A stretch of DNA of 64,000 bases from Capsulimonadaceae bacterium (GTDB taxonomy: Bacteria > Armatimonadota > Armatimonadia > Armatimonadales > Capsulimonadaceae): assembly GCA_965215505.1 (NCBI GenBank), contig OZ244065.1, positions 384,001-448,000 on the forward strand, read 5' to 3'. The notes under the pieces were generated by a model. It was not told the DNA's origin, searched no databases, and saw only the letters and a list, made by a program, of their open reading frames with translations. Each line of letters opens with the position of its first letter. Within the stretch, counting starts at the first letter, position 1. Below, piece after piece: positions 1 to 9,585 of the stretch. The position numbers and the translations under genes were made by a program.

Positions 1-370
1 CGCCGTCGGCCCCCCCGATCGCCAGGGCGTGGTCCAGGCCGCCCAGCACACGGACGACGTCCCGCACCTGCTCCAAGGGCTGGAGGGTGGCACTCAGCTT
101 GAAGTCCGCCCCGGTCGCGCCCGGCCAGAAGTTCGGCTGGATCGCGCCGTTTGGGAAGTAGACGAAGGCGGTGCGGAGCGGTGCCCCGCCGGCCGTCGTC
201 GCCAGGCCGCCCGCGCCCGTCGCATCCGCCGCGAGCGCGGTCGCCGGGAACAACGACTGGAAGGCCGGCAATGCCAGGCACGCCCCCGCGCCCCGTAAAA
301 AGTGGCGGCGGCTGAAGGCGGCGCTGCGCTGGGCGGCAAGGTCTGCGTCCAGGGTGGTTCTGTCTGTCAT
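1..370 (-). CDS. DUF1552 family protein, partial (runs off window start)
   Basis: Translated by hand from ATG at 370: MTDRTTL...FSRRHFLRGAGACLALPAFQSL...PLRTAFVYFPNG...LSATLQPLE. Tat-like SRRxFLR motif; ATGA overlap with the upstream DUF1592 gene, the usual pairing. Confidence 0.85.
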   Translation of the reverse strand, partial: MTDRTTLDADLAAQRSAAFSRRHFLRGAGACLALPAFQSLFPATALAADATGAGGLATTAGGAPLRTAFVYFPNGAIQPNFWPGATGADFKLSATLQPLEQVRDVVRVLGGLDHALAIGGADG

Positions 371-2958
371 GACTTTCGCTGTTCCCTTCTTGAATTGATC
401 CGAAGTGTTCGAGATTCCTGGGATATTTTCCGTCCTGGCGGCGAGGCCGTCCGGGTTCGATCTGCGGCGGCGACCGGAGACGGCTTCCGGCATCTTTGAA
501 AGGGCGACGACTCGATGACGCCCGTCACGAGCGCGGAGAACCGCCCGTCGTCCCCCTGCATCCGTGTCACGATGCGATCCACCGTTTCCACGTCGTAGTC
601 TTCGAGGCCGCGCCCGAGGGCGTAGGTGAGCAGCTTCCCGCTCAGGCAGCGGTAGAACTCGGTGCGGTGCCGCGTTGCCAGAATCCGTTTCAGGCCGCGA
701 ATGTCTTTGAAGGACTCGCCGGTGACCAGTGTGCCGCCCGCCTCGATGGGCCGGCCGAACTCGTGGTCGCGCCACAACCCGAGCGCGTTGAAGTTTTCCA
801 GGGCCAGCCCCGGCGGGTCGAGCCGCTCATGGCAGGAGGCGCAGGCCGGGTTGCTCCGGTGCAGGGCCAGCACTTCCCGCAGGGTCGGCTTGTGGTCCGT
901 CAATCCCGCCGCCGCGGCCTCCAGGGGCGGGATGTTCGGCGGCGGGGGCGGGGCGGGAGCGCCAACGATGTTGTCCAGGATGAACTGGCCCCGCTTGACC
1001 GGCGAGGTGCGCGTCGGGTTCGATGTCACGGCCAGCACGCTGCCCATGGTCAGCACGCCGCCGCGCGGGCAGCCGGCGGGCAGCGTCACCATGCGTAACT
1101 CGTCGCCGGTCACGCCCAGCTCGGGGAGGCCGTAATACTGCGCCAGGCGCGCGTTGAGGAAGGTGTAGTTCCCGTCGAGCAGTTCGAGGACGCTGCGGTC
1201 CCCCCGGACGACGTGCCCGAAATACAGGTCCACCTCGCGGTGCAGGTCCTTCCGCAGCGCCCCGTTCAACTCAATGCGCGGGCGGCCGTAGGCACGGCCC
1301 TGACCGCCGCCCGCCGGTGCCGCCGCAGGATCGCGCTCACGCGCCATCACGGCCCAGGCATTGATCGGCACCGTCTCGATGTCCCGCGTTTGCAGCCATT
1401 GCCCGCTGAAGTTCTCGACCAATGCCTCCGAGCGGCGGTCGCGCAGCATCCTGCCCACCTGCGCGTCAAGATTCTTCCGCAATTGTCCCCGCTCGGCGAG
1501 CCGGAACAGCTCGTCATCCGGCATGGACGACCACAGGAAGTAGGACAGGCGCGAGGCCAGGGCGTACTCGTCAACTAGCGCATACCGGCCGTGGTCCGGC
1601 GTGGCGGCGACCCCTTCTTCGCGGAACAGGAACCGGGGCGACGCCAGGACGGCCACCATCGCCTGTGCCACGCCAGCCTCGAAGGTCTGGCCGGGCTGGG
1701 TGTAGACGCCCTCCGCCAGGCCCACCAGACGCTCCACGGTCGGCGCATCCACGGGCCGCCGGTACGCCCGGCGCGTGAACCCGCCGAGCAGTTCGCGCGC
1801 GTAGGCGCGGCGTTCCGGGCCGCCGGCCGGCACGGGCTTGGGGAAGAAGGTCCGGTAGGCGGCAGGCTCGACCTGATAGTCCGCGCCCTTCGGACCCCGC
1901 AAGGTCACCTTGTTGATCCGCATCGTCAGCGAGCGGACCTGCTCCACGCCGGGCGTCAGCGGCTGCACCTCGAACGTGAGCGTGTGCGCGCCCGCCTTCC
2001 ATGCCTGATCGAAGACGTAGTGCAGGGGCTTGCCGCCTTCGCGCGTGAAGTCTCTGCGGAACAACTCCTGCCCGTCCGCCGTGAAGATCAGCCGGCACCG
2101 GTTGTAGTCGAACTTGTTGTCCACATAGTTTTCGTTCGCGGCCAGGTCCAGGACGAGCTGATAGTCGCCGGGATGTCCGGCCTGCACCGTGTGCGAAACC
2201 GTGGCCGGCTCGTAGTAGGATAGAGAACGGGGGCCGCCGGCCTTCCCCGTGGGAGCCTGGGCACCCGTCCCGGTGAAATCCGACCCGAGGATTTCCGTCT
2301 CCGCCTGCACCCTGGGGGCCGTCGGCACCGCCTGCGAGACGATGGCCTGGGCGGCGTTCAGGTACTTCTCCATCAGCAGGGGCGAGATGGTCAGCACGTC
2401 GCTGAGGTCATCGAAGCCGTGTCCCGCCTCGTCCGGCGGGAACTCCGTCTGCGTGTCGTAGTCCACCCCGATCAGGTCGCGGACGGTGTTCCGGTACTCG
2501 ACCCGGTTCAGGCGGCGGACGGTCACGCGCCCCGGATCGGGATCGGCGGGATCAATGCGGTAGACGCAGCTCTTGATGAGCTGCGCGATGCGTTCCTTTT
2601 CGGCTGCCGTCGGCTGGGGCATGTCCGCCGGGGGCATGATGCCGCTGCGAAGGTTATCCAGGACCCGCCGGAAGAGTTTGCGGTTCGCCGGCAGGGCGGG
2701 GTCGGCGGCTAGTTGATCGAATGCCACGTTGCCGGACTTTACGGCGCCGGAATGACAGGCATAGCAATACGTTTGGAGGAGCGGCTGGACGCCGTGACGG
2801 AACTGCGCCGCCCCCGTGCCGCCCGCCGCGACCGGACGGGGGGCGGGCTTGGCCGGTTTGGGAGGCTTCGCCGCCAGGGCCAGGGTCGAGAAGAGGCCCA
2901 CGGTCGAGAAGAGCGCGACCCACGAGCAGGTTGTCCGGTTCCTGAACATAAAGATCAC
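367..2958 (-). CDS. DUF1592/DUF1588/DUF1587/DUF1595/DUF1585 multidomain protein with planctomycete-type cytochrome c domain
   Basis: Signal peptide; CYACH and CASCH haem motifs; RRLNRVEYRNTVRDL, LASRLSYFLWSSMPD, RTSPVKRG, LTYALGRGL motifs. Start may be ATG 2949. Confidence 0.9.
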   Translation of the reverse strand: MIFMFRNRTTCSWVALFSTVGLFSTLALAAKPPKPAKPAPRPVAAGGTGAAQFRHGVQPLLQTYCYACHSGAVKSGNVAFDQLAADPALPANRKLFRRVLDNLRSGIMPPADMPQPTAAEKERIAQLIKSCVYRIDPADPDPGRVTVRRLNRVEYRNTVRDLIGVDYDTQTEFPPDEAGHGFDDLSDVLTISPLLMEKYLNAAQAIVSQAVPTAPRVQAETEILGSDFTGTGAQAPTGKAGGPRSLSYYEPATVSHTVQAGHPGDYQLVLDLAANENYVDNKFDYNRCRLIFTADGQELFRRDFTREGGKPLHYVFDQAWKAGAHTLTFEVQPLTPGVEQVRSLTMRINKVTLRGPKGADYQVEPAAYRTFFPKPVPAGGPERRAYARELLGGFTRRAYRRPVDAPTVERLVGLAEGVYTQPGQTFEAGVAQAMVAVLASPRFLFREEGVAATPDHGRYALVDEYALASRLSYFLWSSMPDDELFRLAERGQLRKNLDAQVGRMLRDRRSEALVENFSGQWLQTRDIETVPINAWAVMARERDPAAAPAGGGQGRAYGRPRIELNGALRKDLHREVDLYFGHVVRGDRSVLELLDGNYTFLNARLAQYYGLPELGVTGDELRMVTLPAGCPRGGVLTMGSVLAVTSNPTRTSPVKRGQFILDNIVGAPAPPPPPNIPPLEAAAAGLTDHKPTLREVLALHRSNPACASCHERLDPPGLALENFNALGLWRDHEFGRPIEAGGTLVTGESFKDIRGLKRILATRHRTEFYRCLSGKLLTYALGRGLEDYDVETVDRIVTRMQGDDGRFSALVTGVIESSPFQRCRKPSPVAAADRTRTASPPGRKISQESRTLRINSRREQRKS

Positions 2959-3164
2959 TCTCCGTCGGTCCTGGGAGGAAACGTGATGCCGACCATTGAA
3001 ACACTCCTAAATGTCTGGCCCCGGCCTCTGCTGTTTCTCGGCTATTGCAGCGTTGTGAACATTTGGATTATATTACTCCCATTTACACCGGAAATGCGTC
3101 CGATTAAATCGCTCCTTTTTCCGGTATAGTAAGTTCTACAAGCGGTCTGTTCGGGAGGGAAGCG

Positions 3165-4001
3165 ATGTACGAGGAAGAAATGAACCGTCAGGGCTTCGTG
3201 TTCCTATCCGGCCAGCCCGGAGTGATGGCGGAATTGCATCGCCACAGGGAGGTGGAAGTCAACCTCGTGGTCGAGGGGGAGATGGAGTACCTGTTCGGGG
3301 GCCGCCGCGTGGCGATCCCCGAGGGTCAGCTTGCGGTCTTCTGGGCGACGATTCCCCACGGCGTGGTGCGGACCGCAGCCGCGACGCGCGCCCACTGCAT
3401 TCACCTCCCGCTGGTGCGCTTCCTTCAGTGGCAAGTTTCCAGCGATCTGGTACACCGGCTCCTGAACGGGGAGATTGTGCGCGAGCCGGACGCGGCATCG
3501 TTCCCGCGCGACCGGGCGCTGTTCGAGCAGTGGCGTCAGGACGTGCGGGGCGCTTTCCCGGATGCCTGCCGCGTGGTGCTGCTTGAACTGGAGGCCCGGC
3601 TGCGACGCCTCGGGTGGGGCATCGGGACGACTTCCGGCGGCGAGCGCCCGAACACGGACGCGGCGATGCCGCGCGACCAGGGGGTGGACCATGTCGAGCG
3701 GATGGCCGTATTCATGTCCGAGCGTTATCAGGAGCGGCTCACGGCGGACGACATCGCCGGCGCGGCTGGGCTGCACCCCAAATATGCGATCACCCTGTTC
3801 CGGGGCCACTGCGGCATGACGCCGGCTGAGTACCTTACTCAGCAGCGTCTCTCGCAGGCACAGCGGCTGCTGGCGACCACCGACGCCAAGGTGGTTGACA
3901 TCGCCTTCACCGCCGGCTTCGGCTCGGTCAGCCAGTTCTATGAGGTGTTCACGCGCGTCTGCGGCCAGACCCCGAAGGACTTCCGCGCTTCCCAGAAGTG
4001 A
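3165..4001 (+). CDS. AraC family transcriptional regulator (MelR-like, cupin + double HTH)
   Basis: HRHREVEVN cupin start; C-terminal IAFTAGFGSVSQFYEVFTRVCGQTPKDFR; GGGAGG RBS; divergent from the DUF1592 operon. Confidence 0.9.
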   Translation: MYEEEMNRQGFVFLSGQPGVMAELHRHREVEVNLVVEGEMEYLFGGRRVAIPEGQLAVFWATIPHGVVRTAAATRAHCIHLPLVRFLQWQVSSDLVHRLLNGEIVREPDAASFPRDRALFEQWRQDVRGAFPDACRVVLLELEARLRRLGWGIGTTSGGERPNTDAAMPRDQGVDHVERMAVFMSERYQERLTADDIAGAAGLHPKYAITLFRGHCGMTPAEYLTQQRLSQAQRLLATTDAKVVDIAFTAGFGSVSQFYEVFTRVCGQTPKDFRASQK

Positions 4002-4029
4002 GCGCGACGCCTTGCAAAAACCACGACCT

Positions 4030-4332
4030 TCAGGCGTCCGGGTCGGGCTGAAGGCGGCCGGAAGCGTCCGGCGCGAGCATGAGCTGGTCCACATAGCACC
4101 AGCCCCAGTCCTCGCCGGGCTGGAACGACTGCATGATCGGGTGCTGTGTCGCATGGAAGTGTTTGGTGGCGTGCTTGTTCTTGGACGAGTCGCAGCAGCC
4201 GACGTGGCCGCATTCCAGGCAGAGCCTCAGATGGACCCAGGCGTCGCCAATCTTCAGGCACTCCTCGCAGCCCTGCGGCGTGCGCGGCTCGACATCGCGT
4301 ATCTGGTCCAGGTGTGTGCATTCGGTCGGCAT
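4030..4332 (-). CDS. UBP-type zinc finger (zf-UBP) protein
   Basis: MPTECTHLD...CEECLKIGDAWVHLRLCLECGHVGCCDSSKNKHATKHF...WCYVD; AAGGAG RBS before ATG 4332. Confidence 0.9.
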   Translation of the reverse strand: MPTECTHLDQIRDVEPRTPQGCEECLKIGDAWVHLRLCLECGHVGCCDSSKNKHATKHFHATQHPIMQSFQPGEDWGWCYVDQLMLAPDASGRLQPDPDA

Positions 4333-4366
4333 GGCGGTTGCTCCTTGGTGACGTATTTTACCCCAC

Positions 4367-5113
4367 ATGAAGAGTGATGTCGAAACGATGACGGACGCCG
4401 ATCTGCTGGCCGCGTGCCGGAAGCGGCCGTGGGAGCGACGCATGGCGGGCGCGGGCTGCGGCCTCGCACTGGCCGGCGGCGTCCTGGCCGCCTGGGCGAT
4501 CTGCCGCCTCCTGGGTGGTGCCGCCTGGCCGCTCGCCGTGATCGCCTTCTTCGCCGTCGGCCTGACCGTCACGGTGAAGGTCAGCGGCCTCGCCGACTAT
4601 CGCTCCCGGCGGCAGCAGGCGGAGCTGCGCCGCCGGCATGAGCCGCCGGACTTTGAGGCGGCGGTGGGGCAGGCGGAGGCAGACATGGAAGGCCATGCTG
4701 GACCCGACTGGGTGCTGCTCCTGCGCGGGCGCGGCCTGCCGCACGGGCGGACGATCGAGGTCCGAATCGAACTCCGGCAGTCCGCGCCGCCGGGCGGCCA
4801 CATCAGCGTTCATGCGGCCGGTGACATCAATTTTCATCGAGACGAACCGCTGCCGGTCGAGCGGGGGGCGGGGGACTTAGACGCCCAGGATTGCGAGCGC
4901 CTTTTGGCGCTCCTGCCGGACTTCGTGGCCCACAGCGCGGAAACGATCCCGGACTTCGTGTTTGACGGCTTCCCATGCCGGGTGGCCGCCGTGCAGCGGC
5001 AGCCACGGGTGACTGTCAGGGCCGGCTGCAATCTCATGGGCATCTCCGAGAAATTCGCGGCGCATCCCACGCCCTTGCTGATGCGGAAGATGCTGGAATT
5101 AGCCGGGCGGTGA
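4367..5113 (+). CDS. hypothetical membrane protein (two N-terminal TM helices)
   Basis: 248 aa ORF with two hydrophobic segments near the N-terminus; fills the gap between zf-UBP and the kinase; no family recognised. Confidence 0.55.
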   Translation: MKSDVETMTDADLLAACRKRPWERRMAGAGCGLALAGGVLAAWAICRLLGGAAWPLAVIAFFAVGLTVTVKVSGLADYRSRRQQAELRRRHEPPDFEAAVGQAEADMEGHAGPDWVLLLRGRGLPHGRTIEVRIELRQSAPPGGHISVHAAGDINFHRDEPLPVERGAGDLDAQDCERLLALLPDFVAHSAETIPDFVFDGFPCRVAAVQRQPRVTVRAGCNLMGISEKFAAHPTPLLMRKMLELAGR

Positions 5114-6490
5114 GGACCCAGGCGGCGTGATCGGCAGGCGCACCTGGAAGCGCGTATCGCCCGGCTCGGACGTGACGCGCAGGTCGCCGTGGTGCCGCGC
5201 GACGACGATCCGGTAGGCGGTGTCCAGGCCCAGCCCGGTGCCCTCGCCGACGCCTTTGGTGGTGAAGAACGGGTCGAAGATGCGGCCCTGGATGTCCTCG
5301 GGGATGCCCGGCCCGTCGTCGCCGATCTCGACCAGGATGCAGTCGTCTTCGCGCGCCGTCCGCACGAACAGTTGGCCCTTGCCGCCCAGCGCGTCCAGGG
5401 CGTTGTCCATGAGGTTCGTCCACACCTGGTTCAATTCGCTGCCGTAGGCGGTGATGCGGGGCAGATCGGGCGCGTAGTCTCGGACGACCTTGACCCCGCC
5501 TTTGCATTTGAATTGGAGGATCGTCAGCGTCGTCTCCAAAGAGGCGCGCACGTCCACCTCCTGCGAGGGGGCCTGGTCCATGTAGGAATAAGCCTTGATG
5601 GCCGTCACCAGGTCCGAGATGCGGTCCGCGCTCTGCTCCACCGTCCGCAGCAGGGCCACCGCCTCCAGGCTGGAAGCAAGCCAGGCGATGCCGGCCGCGA
5701 GGGCGGCATCGTCCGGGAGCTGTGCGGCCAATGTTTCCAGGCTCTCCTCGGTCAGCCCGCCCTCCGCAAGCGCACCGGCGAGCGCACTTCCCTCGGGAAC
5801 ATCACGCGCGTCCAGCCAGTCCGCCAGGGCGTCTTCCCGGTCGCTCAGGGCGAGCGAGTCAAGGGTGGGCGGGGCGGCCTTGCCCTGCACGTCCAGGAGC
5901 CGTTCCTTCTGGCCTTCGGACAGGCAGCTTTCCCCCAACGCGAAGGCGGACCGCTGCACCGTCACCAGGGCCTCGCGCAGACGGGCCGCCGCCCGGCGGG
6001 CCGCCGCGGCGGGGTTGTTCAGCTCGTGCGCCAGGCCCGCCGACAGCTTGCCCAGTGCGGCCATCTTCTCGCGCTGCTGCCCCAGCGCGTCCGCCTCGGG
6101 CCGCCGGTGGGCCATGACGGCGAGCATGTCGCCCGCGATGCTCGGGCAGGCGACGATGATGTCCTTGAAGTCGCCCGCGCGGAGCCGAAGGACGCGCGTC
6201 GCGGCCGTCGCCCGGCCGGTGGCGATGGACGGCTCCCCGCTGAACATGGACAGCGCGCCGCTGTACTGGCCCGGCCCGTGTACGACCAAGAGCGCGTCCT
6301 CGCCCGCGATCCTCCGGGTGACTTTCAGGCCGCCCTCCAGGATGACATAGAACTCGTGTTCCGGCTCCCCTTCCGTGAACAGCGCCTCGCCCTGTCCCAG
6401 AGTGACCTCGCGCCCGAGCGGGAGCAGGCAGCGGACCGCCTCCTCGGACAGCCTGGGGAACAGGTTCTCGTGCTTCGTTTCGGCGCTCAT
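5099..6490 (-). CDS. cytoplasmic sensor histidine kinase with N-terminal cNMP-binding domain
   Basis: cNMP-like N-terminus (LFTEGEPEHEFYVILEG); H-box LAHELNNPA; N/G boxes NLMDNALDA, DDGPGIP, FDPFFTTKGVGEGTGLGL; no TM segment. Confidence 0.92.
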   Translation of the reverse strand: MSAETKHENLFPRLSEEAVRCLLPLGREVTLGQGEALFTEGEPEHEFYVILEGGLKVTRRIAGEDALLVVHGPGQYSGALSMFSGEPSIATGRATAATRVLRLRAGDFKDIIVACPSIAGDMLAVMAHRRPEADALGQQREKMAALGKLSAGLAHELNNPAAAARRAAARLREALVTVQRSAFALGESCLSEGQKERLLDVQGKAAPPTLDSLALSDREDALADWLDARDVPEGSALAGALAEGGLTEESLETLAAQLPDDAALAAGIAWLASSLEAVALLRTVEQSADRISDLVTAIKAYSYMDQAPSQEVDVRASLETTLTILQFKCKGGVKVVRDYAPDLPRITAYGSELNQVWTNLMDNALDALGGKGQLFVRTAREDDCILVEIGDDGPGIPEDIQGRIFDPFFTTKGVGEGTGLGLDTAYRIVVARHHGDLRVTSEPGDTRFQVRLPITPPGSSPPG

Positions 6491-6494
6491 CGGG

Positions 6495-8153
6495 TCACCG
6501 CACTTTCGCCAAATACTGATGCACGAACTGGACCGCGATGGCCCCGCCGCCGACCGCAGACGCCACGCGCTTGACGGACTGGTGCAGCACGTCGCCCGCG
6601 ACGAAGACGCCCGGCACGCTCGATTCGAGCAGGAACGGGTCGCGGTCCAGCGGCCAGTCGGCGGGCCGCTTGCCGCTCTGCATCAGGTCCGGGCCGGCCA
6701 GGATGAAGCCGTTCTCGTCCCGCTTCAAGACCCCCTCCAGCCAGTCCGTGCGCGGCTGCGCGCCGATGAAGATGAAGATGGCCCGCGTCGGGACGACCTC
6801 GCTCTCGCCCGTGTCCGAGTGCAGGATCGTCACCCGCTCGAGCTGCGTGTCGCCCTCCGCCTCCGTCACCTGCGCGTTCAGCCAGACTCGGACCGTCGGC
6901 TGCGCCCGGATCTCGTCCACGAGGTACTGCGACATGCCTTTCTCCAGCGAGTCGCCACGAACCAGCAGCGTGACGCACTTGGCGTACTTCGCGAAATAAA
7001 GGGCGGCCTGCCCCGCCGAGTTCGCCCCGCCGATCAGGTACACGTCGTCGTCCTTGCACGAAAGCGCCTCGGTCATCGCCGCGCCGTAGTAGACGCCCGC
7101 CCCGGTCAGCCGGTCCAGGCCCGGCACGTCCAGCTTGCGGTACGAGACGCCGGTCGCGATCAGCAGGGCGTGGCAGCTCACCTCGGCCCCGTCTCCGAGT
7201 GTCAGGATGCGGTACTGGTCCTGGAGGCGCAGCTTCGTCACCTCCTGCGACAGTATCTCCACCCCGAACCGCTGCGCCTGCGTCACCGCCCGCCGGGCGA
7301 GGTCCGCCCCGCTCAGGCCGGTCGGGAAGCCCAGATAGTTCTCGATGCGCGAGCTTGTCCCGGCCTGACCGCCCGGCGCCTCCCGCTCCACCATCAGCGT
7401 TTTCAGGCCCTCCGAGGCCCCATAGACGGCGGCGGCCAGTCCGGCGGGTCCTCCGCCGACGATGATGAGGTCATAAAACGGCTGCCCGGCCGACGTCTTC
7501 AGGCCGACCTTCGCGGCCAGCGCGGCGTTGTCGGGGTTAGACAGCTTCTCGCCGCCCGTGAGGATGACGATGGGCAGGGCGGGCGCGTCCGCGCCTTCGT
7601 AGAGGCTGCACGCCTCGGTGTCCGCCTCGATGTCCTGCCACTCGTAGGGGACGTGGTTGCGGGCGAGGAAGTCCTTGACGCGGTGCGAGTCCGAGGACCA
7701 CCGGTTGCCGACCACGCGGACGCCCCCATACGGGGCGCGGTAGTTCGCCTTCCAGTCGTCCAGCAGGTCGTCCAGGACGGGGTAAAGCTCCTGCTCGGGC
7801 GGGTCCCAGGGCTTCAAGAGGTAGTAGTCGGTCTTGACCTTGTTGATCGCCTTGATGGCCGCCTCGGTGTCGGCGTAGGCGGTCAGCAGGACGCGCTTGC
7901 AGTCGGGGTAGATCTTGATCGCCTGCTCCAAGAAGTCCACGCCGCCCATGCCGGGCATCCTCTGGTCCACGACCAGCAGGGCGACCGGCTCGTCACGCTC
8001 CTTGAGCTGGTTCAAGGCGTCCAGCGCGGGCTGCCCGCCCTCCGCGCTGAGTATCCGGTAGTCCTTGCCGTACTGCTTCCGCAGGTCGCTCTTGACGAGG
8101 CGCAGCACGTCCGCGTCGTCGTCCACCGCCAGTATCGTCGGTTTGGCCGCCAT
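6495..8153 (-). CDS. response-regulator receiver fused to thioredoxin-reductase-like FAD/NAD(P)H oxidoreductase
   Basis: Receiver (ILAVDDD, VVDQRMPGM, LLTAY, LLKPW), then GGGPAGLAAA, IENYLGFPTG, GGANSAGQAA, GVFVAGDV, KRVASAVG. Confidence 0.92.
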   Translation of the reverse strand: MAAKPTILAVDDDADVLRLVKSDLRKQYGKDYRILSAEGGQPALDALNQLKERDEPVALLVVDQRMPGMGGVDFLEQAIKIYPDCKRVLLTAYADTEAAIKAINKVKTDYYLLKPWDPPEQELYPVLDDLLDDWKANYRAPYGGVRVVGNRWSSDSHRVKDFLARNHVPYEWQDIEADTEACSLYEGADAPALPIVILTGGEKLSNPDNAALAAKVGLKTSAGQPFYDLIIVGGGPAGLAAAVYGASEGLKTLMVEREAPGGQAGTSSRIENYLGFPTGLSGADLARRAVTQAQRFGVEILSQEVTKLRLQDQYRILTLGDGAEVSCHALLIATGVSYRKLDVPGLDRLTGAGVYYGAAMTEALSCKDDDVYLIGGANSAGQAALYFAKYAKCVTLLVRGDSLEKGMSQYLVDEIRAQPTVRVWLNAQVTEAEGDTQLERVTILHSDTGESEVVPTRAIFIFIGAQPRTDWLEGVLKRDENGFILAGPDLMQSGKRPADWPLDRDPFLLESSVPGVFVAGDVLHQSVKRVASAVGGGAIAVQFVHQYLAKVR

Positions 8154-8215
8154 GTGTGTCTCCTGAGTCTATTCCAACGCGGAACCCGCTCCGCCGCCGC
8201 CCTGTTAACATTGCC

Positions 8216-8710
8216 ATGAACACCCGCCGCATCGAACCCGCTCCCGGCCAGGAGTCCGTCTGGGACTACCCGCGCCCGCCGCGCCTCGAGGACACCGACA
8301 AACACATCCAGGTCGTCTTCGGCGGCGTGGTCATCGCCGAGACGCGCCGCGCCAAGCGCGTCCTCGAAACCAGCCACCCGCCCGTCTACTATCTGCCGCC
8401 CGAAGATGTCCGCCTGGAACACTTCACCCCCGCGCCGGGCAAATCCTTCTGTGAATGGAAGGGTATGGCGAGCTACTACACGATCACGGCGGGCGACAGG
8501 CAGGCCCCGTCGGCGGCCTGGTATTACCCAAATCCGACTCCCGCCTTCGCCCCGCTCCAGAACTACATCGCCCTCTATCCGGGCCGCATGGACGCCTGTT
8601 TCGTGGACGGCGAGCGCGTGACGCCCCAGCCCGGCGAGTTCTACGGCGGCTGGATCACCTCAGGCGTCGTCGGCCCCTTCAAAGGCGAGCCGGGGACGAT
8701 GGGCTGGTAG
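8216..8710 (+). CDS. DUF427 domain protein
   Basis: QESVWDYPRPP, ETSHPPVYYLP, SFCEWKG, AAWYY, FYGGWIT, GPFKG motifs. Confidence 0.9.
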   Translation: MNTRRIEPAPGQESVWDYPRPPRLEDTDKHIQVVFGGVVIAETRRAKRVLETSHPPVYYLPPEDVRLEHFTPAPGKSFCEWKGMASYYTITAGDRQAPSAAWYYPNPTPAFAPLQNYIALYPGRMDACFVDGERVTPQPGEFYGGWITSGVVGPFKGEPGTMGW

Positions 8711-8742
8711 GCACACTTGATGCTATGACACACAGGTCATGG

Positions 8743-8773
8743 GAAAAGGCCCGCGCGTTTGCGCGGGCCTTTC
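8743..8773. terminator. bidirectional intrinsic terminator
   Basis: aaaaggcccgcgc-gttt-gcgcgggcctttc hairpin between convergent genes. Confidence 0.75.
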
Positions 8774-8778
8774 GATTG

Positions 8779-9261
8779 TCATACTCCCCGGTGCGGCTGC
8801 ATCTCGTCCTCGATGGTCCGACGCAGCTCCATCAGCCGGACAGCGTACCGCTCCAGCGCCGCCTCTTCCTCCGTCCGTGGCACCCAAGGCGTTACGCCCA
8901 TGAGCTTGCCTTCATCGTCCATGGCGACGAAGATGATGATGCAGTGCGTCGTCTCCTGAAAGTGCCCGTCCCGAGGGTCGCCCGCGCTCACGTCCACCGC
9001 GACGTGCATGCTGGTCCGTCCCGTGTAGATGATGCGCGCCCGCACCTCCACCATGTTCCCGATCAGGATCGGCTTATGAAAACGGATGCCGCCGACGTAT
9101 AGCGTCACGCAGTAGTGCCCGCTCCAGCCGACCGCGGAGGCATAGCCGGCCTGGTCAATCCACTTCATCACCGCCCCGCCGTGGACCTTGCCGCCAAAGT
9201 TCATGTCCGTCGGCTCGGCCAGGAAGCGCAGGGTCGTCTCGTGTTGGCGTTCTGTTTGCAT
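8779..9261 (-). CDS. acyl-CoA thioesterase (hotdog fold, YciA-like)
   Basis: DMNFGGKVHGGAVMKWIDQAG and YTGRTSM motifs. Confidence 0.9.
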   Translation of the reverse strand: MQTERQHETTLRFLAEPTDMNFGGKVHGGAVMKWIDQAGYASAVGWSGHYCVTLYVGGIRFHKPILIGNMVEVRARIIYTGRTSMHVAVDVSAGDPRDGHFQETTHCIIIFVAMDDEGKLMGVTPWVPRTEEEAALERYAVRLMELRRTIEDEMQPHRGV

Positions 9262-9273
9262 GGGGTTAGAGGC

Positions 9274-9474
9274 TCAATCAGATTTGTCACCGAACATACC
9301 CCCGTCGCGACCTTCGCGCAGGAAGTCACGCCCGGTAGACTTGGGGTTCATAAACTGTGCGCGCGCATCTATCTCGCGCAGGATCGCCATGCGCGGGTCG
9401 TCGCCCGGCTGCTCCGGCGGCAGGCCTGTCTCTATCGGTTTAGTTTCTGCCCGTGGGTCCGGCGTGGTGGTCAT
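9274..9474 (-). CDS. small hypothetical protein, possibly an antitoxin remnant
   Basis: 66 aa ORF co-oriented with the thioesterase; C-terminus (AILREID...STGRDFLREGRD) loosely resembles VapB-type tails. Confidence 0.35.
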   Translation of the reverse strand: MTTTPDPRAETKPIETGLPPEQPGDDPRMAILREIDARAQFMNPKSTGRDFLREGRDGGMFGDKSD

Positions 9475-9527
9475 AGTAATAGTCCCCCGTCTCTGCCCCC
9501 GGATTGAAACCGGGGATTGTCACGACA

Positions 9528-9583
9528 CCGAAAGGGCAGGGCCGAAAGGGCAGGGCCGGAAGGGCAGGGCCGGAAGGGCAGGG
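9528..9583. repeat. tandem repeat, 4 x 14 bp (CCGRAAGGGCAGGG)
   Basis: Units start at 9528, 9542, 9556 and 9570. Confidence 0.9.
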
Positions 9584-9585
9584 CC

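Noticed and set aside
5189..8219. Long plus-strand ORFs (461 and 614 aa)
   Set aside because: Antisense shadows of the kinase and oxidoreductase, expected at high GC; no motifs.
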